A DNA stretch of 22,066 nucleotides from Octopus sinensis (GCF_006345805.1 NW_021836943.1:1-22066); one strand, 5' to 3'; shown: positions 1 through 8,934, numbered from the stretch's first letter. Numbers and translations: made by a program. Notes: a model not told the origin generated them from the sequence alone.

Positions 1-548
1 AAACACACGCACTATTTATTTGGTGTTACTTTGCTTCAGTGTTATTTATTTTTTACATTAAACTTAATCTTATTTCGGCCAGAGTTCTTTCGTCACACTC
101 TTGTGGTCCATCAGTGATCCTTTGCTTTCTTCTTTCTTATTTGTGTGTCTCTCCTTACTAACCGTCAGCCATTTTGTATTTCTATTGTATGTGTCTTCAT
201 TTGCGCATGCGTATATCTCTATGTGCGTCTATGTTTAGTTAGTGGGGGAGATGCCTGTAATATTTGGATCTTCTGTTTATATACGTTCGTGTAATTTGTT
301 TTTGTTTTTGTTTATTCTTATTTTGTTCATGTGTTTACATCCACTTATTATTATCATTATTGTTATCTTAAGAAGAAAGCAAAGGACCACTGATGCGGTC
401 ACAGGAGTGTGATGAAAGAACTCTGGCCGAAATATAAGTTAATTTAATGTAAAAAATAAATAACACTGAAGCAAAGTAAACACAAATAAATAGTGCGTGT
501 GTTTTTATTGGCTATACTGGCAAAATGACCATTCTTCTTATACACAAT
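1..548. mobile_element. Inverted-repeat element, probably an inverted pair of Penelope-like pLTR fragments; each arm carries a degenerate hammerhead-like core
   Basis: 1-134 is the reverse complement of 370-504 with a few differences, around a 235-bp spacer. Each arm contains CTGATG(N)-stem-GAAA: plus arm CTGATGC 390-396, GGTCA/TGGCC stem, GAAA 429-432; minus arm 114 to 73. The left arm probably continues beyond the window start. Confidence 0.55.
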
Positions 549-652
549 ATAATATATAAATATATATATATTATATATATATATATATTATATATATATA
601 TATATATAGTATGTATGTATGTGTGGTGTGTGTGTGTGTGGTGTGTGTGTGT
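546..652. repeat. (TA)n followed by (TATG)/(TG)n microsatellite
   Basis: Directly visible. Confidence 0.95.
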
Positions 653-1069
653 TGCTGTAACCAAACCAGTCCAGATATAATAAACACTGAAGAAGGAAGA
701 GAAGAGAGTATGTGCAGTCGTTGAAATAAGTTGGCCAGCAGATATTAGCGTAGAATAACATATTTAGAAAAAAAGAAAACATATTTTGCCAAACTCACTA
801 GGAATGTACAATTAGTCCATCAAGAGCACTTGGCTACCGGACAAACTCTCTGTTCGCTCATTTTGAGAGGCTAGGATTCATATAACCAGGAAGAACACGC
901 CTAACCAAGAGATTACAAATGAAACCCATCAACGACTACCACAATATGGAAAGCATTCCCGGATTTTAGCATGTAGTAAGATCATATACGTAATGACACA
1001 TGCTAGACACGTGTCTAAACTCATGTATGGATGTGCACAAACAGATGTATGCATGCGTACTTATATGTT

Positions 1070-1400
1070 CATACACACATATACCTTCATACATGATTAC
1101 ATACATACGTACATACATACATACATACATACATACATGCATGCATACGTACATACATACATACATACATACATACATAATACATACATACATATATACA
1201 TACATACATGCATGCATACGTACATACATACATACATACATACATACAAACATACATGCATGCATACGTACATACATACATGCATGCATACATACAAACA
1301 TACATGCATGCATACGTACATACATACATGCATGCATACGTACATACATACATATATACATACATACATACATATATACATTCATGCATACATACATAAC
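1070..1400. repeat. (TACA)n microsatellite with TGCA/CGTA variant units
   Basis: Directly visible; explains the MYVC/HTYI ORFs in the track. Confidence 0.95.
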
Positions 1401-1534
1401 TATGTTGGTACTGTCTAAAATCAAATGAAGGACGCTTTGTTTCCATGCTAGAATCCGGTTCGTTTTCCATTGGTGAGAAAAAAATCGGAAACGTACATAC
1501 GGTTTCAGAATTTAATACACATACAAAGACAAAT

Positions 1535-1762
1535 GTGTGTGTGGTGTGTGTGTGTGTGTGTGTGTGCATGTATTTATGTATGTATGAATGCATGTATGCA
1601 TGTGACAGCAGTAAAATAAATGGACAATATATTTTACATACTGCAAATACTCTCTGTTATATATAGGTACATTCATACATACATACATACATACATACAT
1701 ACATACATACATACATACATACATACATACATACATACATACATACAAACATAAATGCATAC

Positions 1763-1796
<34 letters not shown>

Positions 1797-1856
1797 TTGG
1801 AAATGGATGTGTGGCGTTCAATTAAATAATAATATAAATAATATATATATATATTT

Positions 1857-1902
<46 letters not shown>

Positions 1903-1910
1903 GATAGATC

Positions 1911-1972
<62 letters not shown>

Positions 1973-1985
1973 CATAGATATAGAT
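1535..1985. repeat. Compound microsatellites (TG)n, (TACA)n, (TA)n/(CA)n, (AGAT)n
   Basis: Directly visible. Confidence 0.95.
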
Positions 1986-2222
1986 ATATCAATTATAATT
2001 GAAATTAAAGTTTAGATATTTAAACTTTATGTTGGATATGTCCCTAGTAGTGTGTCGGCAGATCTCGTTCACCACTTACGGCTACCAGCCTTCATCCGCG
2101 GTAAATGCAGTTTCGACGCTGGATGCAGTTTTGTTGCTGGATCTACGTTATGCATTGCTAGGTGTACGTTGAGTATATTCTAAATGATTACTAAAGATGA
2201 CTAAGTGTACTGGAAATGTATT

Positions 2223-2333
2223 TATCACAACAATCGTTTCGGTGTACTTCTGCACTGCTCCCTAGTGAGTTGAGAACGGTATAATGAAATCGAATGCACC
2301 CCCACAATGCAGAGGAAACCTCATCAGGTGACA
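2223..2333 (-). ncRNA. Type I hammerhead ribozyme (Penelope/retrozyme-type)
   Basis: Minus strand reads UGUCAC-CUGAUGA-[stem II: GGU/ACC plus 9-bp UCUGCAUUG/CAGUGCAGA]-GAAAC-GAUU-GUU|GUGAUA. Stem I (UGUCAC/GUGAUA) is 6 bp, the core matches the consensus, and the predicted cleavage site lies between 2229 and 2228. Confidence 0.75.
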
Positions 2334-2519
2334 TAATAGGCTTCGAACATCATCAGATGACATAATATGAGTGAGGCATTAATTTCAACACTTTTTTTTA
2401 TGAATAACTGCATCGTTTCTTTCCAATTAAACTGACATCTGACGTAGATTTAAAAAGTAACCAGTGACAACTCCTCCTGAAAATAAACAAAATTTTGAAT
2501 CGTCGTGTTACCAAGTATC

Positions 2520-3049
2520 TGTAGAAAAACGGTTCCATAGAAGGTCAAGGTCATATAATCTGAAGGGAAGGTGATAGCTTCAGTTTTTGGGTGATGCAAA
2601 ATGCATTGTGTTTATCACCAAAAGATCCACATCAGTGGAGAGTACTGTGCCAACCTGCTAAGGTAGTTACGAAACACTAAATCAAACGCCCAGGAAAACT
2701 GATGAAAGGTTTGTTGTTTCATCGGGACAATGCTTCAGCACACAAGTTTCAATGATTAACTCTCTTCCTATCCTTTTGATTTGGCCTCATCTGACTATTA
2801 TATTTCCCCAACATGAAAAATCAGTTGACTGAGAAGCCATATTGCAGTGATGCTGACATTGTTATAGTTGTTGATGGCATTTTTGAGCAACAGGATGAAA
2901 GCTTCTACACTACTGGGATCCAAGCACGGCAATATCAATAGAAGAAGTATGTGAACTGCAAAGGGGTCTATACTGAAAAATAAACCTCATTTGGTAACAT
3001 TACATGAGAGCATCTCGTTCATCGTATGAACCTTATAGCCGACCATCGT
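2520..3049 (+). mobile_element. Degenerate mariner (DD34D) transposon, 3' half with decayed right TIR
   Basis: Frameshifted transposase motifs: GKVIASVF (about 2566-2590), FHRDNASAHK (2717-2746), DLASSDY (2778-2798) and VNCKGVYTEK* (stop 2981-2983). The D-to-D spacing is shortened by an internal deletion. Confidence 0.85.
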
Positions 3050-3132
3050 GTGTACATGTGTGTGTGTGTCTGTGTGTGTGTCTCTGTGTGTGTGTGTGTG
3101 TGTCTGTGTGTGTGTATTTGTGTGTGTGTGTA
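3050..3132. repeat. (TG)n microsatellite
   Basis: Directly visible. Confidence 0.95.
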
Positions 3133-3983
3133 TTTCTGCGTAGTCATTATGGCAATTTTCTGATATTTACCTAATATCATGACGAACACACTAATACTTT
3201 TGTTTAGCTAATGGTATTTCAAAATATATATTAATGTATTAGACGAATAAAAAGAGCAATGCTTTTAACGTTTTACAGGTTCCTAGAAACAGTTGGAGGA
3301 AAGGCAGGAAGTTGTTCCTGGGCCTGGCTCAAATGCATGCAACTGAAGGGATTCTAGTACGTCTTACCCACCACAGTCCGTTGGCTAGATGGTAATATTA
3401 AACTGAGCAACTGCCACCAGAAATATGAACAATCGCTTCAGAAGTTTTCCGTACAGTTTTTATATATGAAATTTCACTCCCAAGACTTTATTTTTTATTT
3501 ACTGTTTAACAAGTGTAAAGTTCCCAGTCAAAAATTTGGATTTGTTATTTACCGGATTCTACTGATTGAGAATCATTCTCCACTCAGTGTGCTTTGGTTG
3601 TTCGAAAGTGTTGTTTTATGACTAACAGTACTTGTCGCAGTTATGTAGGACAGATCCGGCTGTCCTTCAAGTCTTTTACTTTATAACAGTCTTAAGTAGA
3701 TTGTTTTCTTCTGGTTGATAAGTGTACAGAAAGTCGTTGGACAATAAGTGCTCTTCTGATTTTTAGATATCCGCGTCTGTAAAAAATTCATATAATACTA
3801 TTTTTGTTTTGATAAACGTATTTGTGCACTTGGGGTATAGTTATTACGCAACGGTTCTCAAGGTTTCTAGGATATTGTGCATGAGGAACTTCAGTGTTCT
3901 TACATGTATGACTTAATAATTTTTTTGACCAGGAGCAAAGACTACATATGTTACTATAAAGTTTATTACAGTTTATTGAATAT

Positions 3984-4127
3984 ACTTAGCGGTTCGTCAC
4001 TTAGCGGTTCGGCAAAAGAGACCAATAGAATAAGTACTGGGCTTACAAATAATAAGTCCCGGGGTCGATTTGCTCGACTAAAGGCGGTGCTCCAGCATGG
4101 CCGCAGTCAAATGACTGAAACAAGTAC
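3984..4127 (+). mobile_element. 3' fragment of SINE family 1 (CORE-like tRNA SINE)
   Basis: Matches the reverse complement of the 3' part of the near-complete copy at 14120-14540 (cttagcggttcggcaaaa...gctccagcatggccgcagtcaaatgactgaaacaagta). A 13-bp duplication, acttagcggttcg, sits at its 5' junction (3984-3996 and 3999-4011). Confidence 0.85.
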
Positions 4128-4189
4128 AAAAAAAAAATACGAACACGGTATTTTATTATTATTTTTTAATAATGTTCACGTTCTACTCT

Positions 4190-4395
4190 GCATACGAAAA
4201 ATTGCCAATATGATGTATTGCCCCCGAGTATAAAAATTTAATGAACATAAAAATAAACTGTTTCATTTTATTTATAATTTTCTCCTCTCTTTACATATGA
4301 AAAATTTTTAACCTGATGTATTGCTGCTAGGATAAGAATTTAATAAATATAAAAATAAAATGTTTATTTCATTTATTATTTTACCTCATTCGTTT
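4190..4395. repeat. Diverged ~103-bp tandem duplication
   Basis: tgatgtattgc...aatttaat...ataaaaataaa.tgttt starts at both 4211 and 4314. Confidence 0.7.
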
Positions 4396-4892
4396 TTGCA
4401 TTTGGACGACTTCAGAAATGATGGTTTAGCCCCACGTACGTGTCACTTCGGATGACTGCCCAAATGGTCAGTACCTTGAGCCTCTCTTGAATAAGTATAG
4501 CTGTAAATAACTATATTAAGATAACTAACATTTTTACACACTTTATTTGTGTGCGTGTCTGTGTGCGGATGTGTGCATTCTTTTCTAATTTTAATTGCGG
4601 GAGAGGACCACATTTTTGGTCCCTATTAATAAGTTTGAAAATATTACGGGAAAACTTAAATTCCTCCAGATGTTTAATGATTATATAAAAATAGGTCTCT
4701 GTTCAAGTTCCTTAGACTTGGAAATGAGGGACAAATATGACCCAATGTTTAAATTTTAGAAAAAAGGCATGAAACATTCGGGCTTCTTCATTTTCAGAAG
4801 TGGTATTGAAAATAAGCACGTTCTTCATTCCATATGCATAAAAGGTTTTAGGCTTCGATCGAGAAGCTAAAATATATGGTGCAGTTTCTTAA

Positions 4893-5123
4893 GGCGGCGA
4901 GCTGGCAGAAACGTTAGCACGCCGGGCGAAATGCGTAGCCGTATTTCGTCCGCCGTTATGTTCTGAGTTCAAATTCCGCCGAGGTCGACTTTGCCTTTCA
5001 TCCTTTCGGAGTCGATAAATTAAGTACCAGTTACGCACTGGAGTCGATGTAATCGGCTTAATCCGTTTGTCTGTCCTTGTTTGTCCCCTCTGTGTTTAGC
5101 CCCTTGTGGGTAGTAAAGAAATA
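4893..5123 (+). mobile_element. Full-length SINE family 2, tail type A, with 21-bp TSD
   Basis: Pol III A box (tggcagaaacg, 4903) and B box (gagttcaaattcc, 4965-4977); central gcctttcatcctttcgg.gtcgataaattaagtacc domain; ends in aaagaaata. Flanked by atatatggtgcagt(t/g)tcttaa at 4872-4892 and 5123-5143. Homologous copies occur elsewhere in the window. Confidence 0.92.
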
Positions 5124-5149
5124 TATATGGTGCAGTGTCTTAAAATGAT

Positions 5150-5668
5150 GGAACGAACAGTTTTTGTGGAAACTGGTTCTCAAGGTGGTCATTATGTTCT
5201 GCAGTAATTTTGGGCGCTGTACTTTTGTGATCCTTTCTAACAATTCGCGTAAGAGTCAAACACTGCCTATCTGAAATTTTTGTTTCGACGAGGAGGTTTT
5301 TCCCACTTTCTCAAAGGCTGTCATTATTTTCGAGACAGTACTTCTTGATACACCAACCATTTCGGCTGTTTTCGTTACGCTAGCGCCTACCATACGATCA
5401 CCAACAATTTGACCTCTTTGAAAGGCCAACAGATCTGTCATTTTAATGAATTTTAGTTACCTTTTTTCATCAGAAAAAAGGTAACTAAAATTAGTGACCT
5501 TTTTTCTGATATCTAAAAAGATACAAGCAATTTTAGCAAAACTTATTAAGCAACACTAACGATAAATAAAAAATACATAAAAATAAACAAGTTTTTGACA
5601 GTTTTATAGATATTTCAAAATTATGATGATGTGACGCTAGGTATTTCCATTATTTTGTTCAACTTCTG
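5150..5668 (-). mobile_element. Tc1-like transposon 5' relic (left TIR plus N-terminal HTH region of the transposase)
   Basis: ORF 5441-5256 reads MTDLLAFQRGQIVGDRMVGASVTKTAEMVGVSRSTVSKIM and continues after frameshifts as LTRIVRKDHKSTAPKITAE...VSTKTVR. TIR-like end cagaagttgaacaaaataatggaaatacc at 5668-5640. Confidence 0.88.
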
Positions 5669-5669
5669 T

Positions 5670-5767
5670 GTGCATGTGTGTGTGTGTGTGTGTGTGTGCG
5701 TGTGTATGTGTGCGTATCTATATGTAAATATATATATATTTATATACATATAGATACACACAAACAG

Positions 5768-5812
<45 letters not shown>
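5670..5812. repeat. (TG)n/(TA)n/(CA)n compound microsatellite
   Basis: Directly visible. Confidence 0.95.
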
Positions 5813-5813
<1 letters not shown>

Positions 5814-6874
5814 TGGGTTAGCAAGAAAACAATTTCATTTTTCACAGAGTTACGATTTTTTAAATGACTTTTGTTAATGTTATGATTTTTTTTCTTTTTG
5901 ACATTTGATAGCCGTTACTTTTAGCTTACTTTAGATGCATATTGTGGGTAATTTTATTTACAGCTCTTCGTTCAGTGTCAGTTTTAATATGGACTGCAAA
6001 AACGAACCTAGCATTACCAATAGAGAGGACAGCTCAGGCACAGGAGGTGCTGGGCAGATTAAAACAATTGAAAATCATTTAAGATGTCTTGGACTCGTTA
6101 AGAAGCTCGATATTTGGGTTCCACATAAATTGAAAGAGATTCACTTCATACAACGAATAAATATTTGCGATATGCGTCTCAAGCGCAATGAAATCGACCT
6201 TCTTTTTAACGAATCATCACTGGTGATGAAAAATGGATTGTCTACAATAACATCAATCGAAAACGATCATGGTCCAAGCGTAATGAACCAGCACAAACTG
6301 CATTGAAAGCTGAATTGCATCAAAACAGGTCTGGCTGTCAATTTGGTTGGTTTACAAGGGTGTTGTAAATTATGAGCTTCTTCCAAGGAACCAAACAATC
6401 AATTCAGATGTTTACTGTCAACGACTAATGAAACTGAAGGAAGCAATCAAGGAAAAATTGCCAGAATTGGCAAATCGTAAAGGAATCGTGTTCCACCATG
6501 ACAGCGCTAGATCACACACGTCTTTGCTAACTCGTGAAAAATTACTGGAGCTTGCTTGGAAAGTGATGTCACACCCACCATATTGCCCTGACCTTTCACC
6601 ATCAGATTACCATTTATTTCGAAGTTTGCAAAATTTTTTGAATGGTAAAACTTTCAGTAATGAGGATTACCTGAAATTGTACTTGCTGCAGATTTTGGCT
6701 TATGAGGACCAAAAGTTTTATGAGCGCGGAATTATGAAGTTGTCTGAAAGAGGGCAAAGGGTTATCGAAGAAAATGGAAAATATATAATTGATAAAAGTT
6801 AATTCTTTGTATGAAAGAAAAAAAATAACTTATATTCACATTAAAGAACCGAAATTACTTTCTTGCGAAGATAA
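5813..6874 (+). mobile_element. Internally deleted mariner (DD34D) element retaining both TIRs
   Basis: Imperfect ~30-bp TIRs (ttgggttagcaagaaaacaatttc at left; gaaattactttcttgcgaagataa at right), each abutting TA. Transposase motifs WVPHKL, ITGDEKW (frameshifted), HHDSARSH and YCPDLSPSDYHLF are present. Confidence 0.93.
5989..6802 (+). pseudogene. Mariner transposase pseudogene
   Basis: Split across ORFs 5935-6306 and 6347-6802 by frameshifts; the N-terminal DNA-binding region is largely missing. Confidence 0.9.
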
Positions 6875-6879
6875 TATAC

Positions 6880-6946
6880 ATGTATGTATGTATGTATGTA
6901 TATATGTATATATATATATTATATATATATATATAATATATATATA

Positions 6947-6996
<50 letters not shown>

Positions 6997-7062
6997 TATT
7001 GTGTGTGTGTGTGTAACTATGTATCTATGTATGTACACGTGTATGTATGTGTATATGTATAC
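6880..7062. repeat. (TATG)n/(TA)n/(TG)n microsatellite
   Basis: Directly visible. Confidence 0.95.
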
Positions 7063-7244
7063 ATGACCTATCAAGAAAGGAATTCCAGTTATACCCATCC
7101 CGTATGTTCAGTAATCATAGGTTACAATAGATTAAATTTTCTGGTCTTCTTCCTACTTGTTAGAAAAAATAGATTCTCGTTTCAAGGAGAGCATGCAGCA
7201 ATTTCTTGAAAAACATGCGATTGTGTAAAGGATCTCTCTTTGAC

Positions 7245-7342
7245 TGGTGTGTGTGCGCGCCTGCGTGCGTATGTGCGTGTGTGTGTGCGTGTGTGTGCCT
7301 GCGTGTGTGTGCCTGCGTGCGTGTATGTGTGTGTGTGTGTGC
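7245..7342. repeat. (TG)n/(TGCG) microsatellite
   Basis: Directly visible. Confidence 0.9.
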
Positions 7343-7632
7343 TTGGTGATTGCACGAACAACAGTAAGAAGGGAGTGTTCTGAAAAGTAGGCCAAAACAT
7401 TCCGATTATTATCTACTAATATAAATGCAGGCTGCAGCGACGTATATCGGAAGCCATCAGAAGCTATCTCCATTTGACAATTGGTGAAGGGAGTGTCACT
7501 CAATGTAACTTATATGGAAAGGGCAATACTTTAGAAACACTTAGAGCGCTCACTTACCCAGATATTCAAGTCTAGTAGTATATAGTAGTATAATCTTTCA
7601 ATAGTTTTACCACTATTATGTGCCTGCATAAG

Positions 7633-7830
7633 GGCGGCGAGTACACAAGGCAAAATGCTTAGCAGCATTTCCCCCGTCATTACCATTCTAAGTTCAAATT
7701 CCGCCAAAGTTGAGTTTGCTTTTATCCTTTCGGGGTCGCTAACTTAAGTACCAGTTGCGTTCTGGGATCGATCTAATCGACTGGCCTCCTCCCCCAAAAT
7801 TTCGGGCTTTGTGCCTAGAGTAAAAAAAGA
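7633..7830 (+). mobile_element. Diverged SINE family 2, tail type B
   Basis: ggcggcgag start with a deletion in the head; B box aagttcaaattcc; central atcctttcggggtcg..aagtaccag; tail ..ttgtgcctagagtaaaa matches the tails at 21540-21570 and 21951-21980 (minus strand). Confidence 0.8.
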
Positions 7831-7933
7831 ATCGTTAGCACTCAGGGCAAAACCCTTAGCGGCATTTTGTCTGTTTTTTCTGCTCTAAGATCAAATTCCA
7901 CCGAGGTTGATTTTGCTTTTTATCCTTTCGGGG
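7829..7933 (+). mobile_element. Truncated SINE family 2 head and body, head-to-tail with the previous copy
   Basis: gaatcgttagcac...cttagcggcatttt...tcaaattccaccgaggttgattttgc...atcctttcgggg, ending abruptly at the LINE junction. Confidence 0.75.
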
Positions 7934-8910
7934 CCCAGGGTAGCGTTCCAATCCCCCACTAAAAGTAAAGGTCGAGACGTTCTCAGGAAAACCTGTAGAT
8001 GTCGAAAGAAATCTGACCGACCTGTTAAGGACGGTGCATAAACTGTTATCAGTCGTAACAAATGGCAGACACAAGCCATTTTATTTCTATCTCAAGGGAC
8101 ACATTTTTTTTTGTGACCCTACGGCCAAGGTATGTAGGGATCATCACTAAGTTATCGCATTCAAAGGACTTTGTGGAGGGGTTCTTGGCTCTTTCTTCAC
8201 TGTCAAATCTAACTTCGATCGTGGCAAATCTGTTTCTCGTCGTGATGTAGACTTTAAAGGCCCATATAGGCCTTAAAGCATTTTCTACTGTTTCTTGAGT
8301 GGCCGTTTCGTATAGTTTTGTTTTTAGGTTGAGTGTCTTGTAAATAATTGTTTTCTTTGTGATTTTTCTGTGATGTTTTGTGGTGTCTGTAGTTGTATGG
8401 TGTGTTCGTCTTTCTTAAACATTGCTTTGCAGGCAAGCAGTTCTTCCTTCGAAAAGGACATGATTTTTTTCTTTAGCTTTAAAGCTGCGGCAAAATTATT
8501 TTGAGGTTTCGTGTTGGTTGCGGTGGTGAATGCGGTAGCGGTGATGGCAGTGGTGAAGGCAGCGTTTATAATCGTAAACATATTTGCTTCTTTCTTTGTA
8601 TCTTCTAAAGCCAGAGGTGTGGGTTCAAGCTGAACGACTTTGTTTTCAGCTTCCCTCACCTCTGGCTTTGGTAGAGGCGAGTGTCGGCGGTTTCCTGGGA
8701 TGGCTTAGCCGTTTTCGCTTAGAATATGGCAAGGAAACCAAAGAAAATTTTTTAAAGTTTTGGAAATTTACCCCAAGTGGGGTAATTTCCTACTACAAGA
8801 TTTACTGAGGTTAAAGGAGATGGTGTTAGACAACTTTTTATTCCACAAAAAATATTTCAGAAATAAAAAGTTTTCCTACACAAAAAAAGCCAACTTACTT
8901 GGAGCCGATT
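7934..8910 (-). mobile_element. 5' fragment of an L1/Tx1-type LINE: putative 5' UTR, ORF1 remnant and part of the APE endonuclease
   Basis: 8055-7934 reads RLITVYAPSLTGRSDFFRHLQVFLRTSRPLLLVGDWNATL (VYAP and GDxN endonuclease motifs). Upstream, an open frame YETATQETVENALRPIWAFKVYITTRNRFATIEVRFDSEERAK...PTYLGRRVT...EIEIKWLVSAI resembles an RRM-type ORF1. The 5' boundary is uncertain. Confidence 0.75.
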
Positions 8911-8934
8911 TTTCTACAGTGCATTCACATCAGT

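Noticed and set aside
686-735. CTGAAGA...GAAATAAG hammerhead-like words
   Set aside because: No convincing stem II, and stem I is mismatched.
588-782. 64-aa hydrophobic ORF
   Set aside because: No recognisable motif; ends in microsatellite.
966-1975. Long MYVC/HTYI/YLSI ORFs (also at 8.9-9.4, 9.8-10.9 and 19.2-20.7 kb)
   Set aside because: These are translations of TACA/AGAT/CA microsatellites, stop-free by composition.
3647-3666. 7-bp hairpin aggacag/ctgtcct (and a 6-bp hairpin at 4605-4622)
   Set aside because: Too short to exceed chance; no associated motif.
3877-4233. 118-aa ORF
   Set aside because: Runs through a SINE 3' fragment; chance ORF.
4893-4980. tRNA-like A/B boxes as a tRNA gene
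   Set aside because: No cloverleaf; it is the head of a SINE with body, tail and TSD.
7412-7575. Helitron-like ends (A|TC...CTAG|T)
   Set aside because: No proper subterminal hairpin near CTAG; such short motifs occur by chance.
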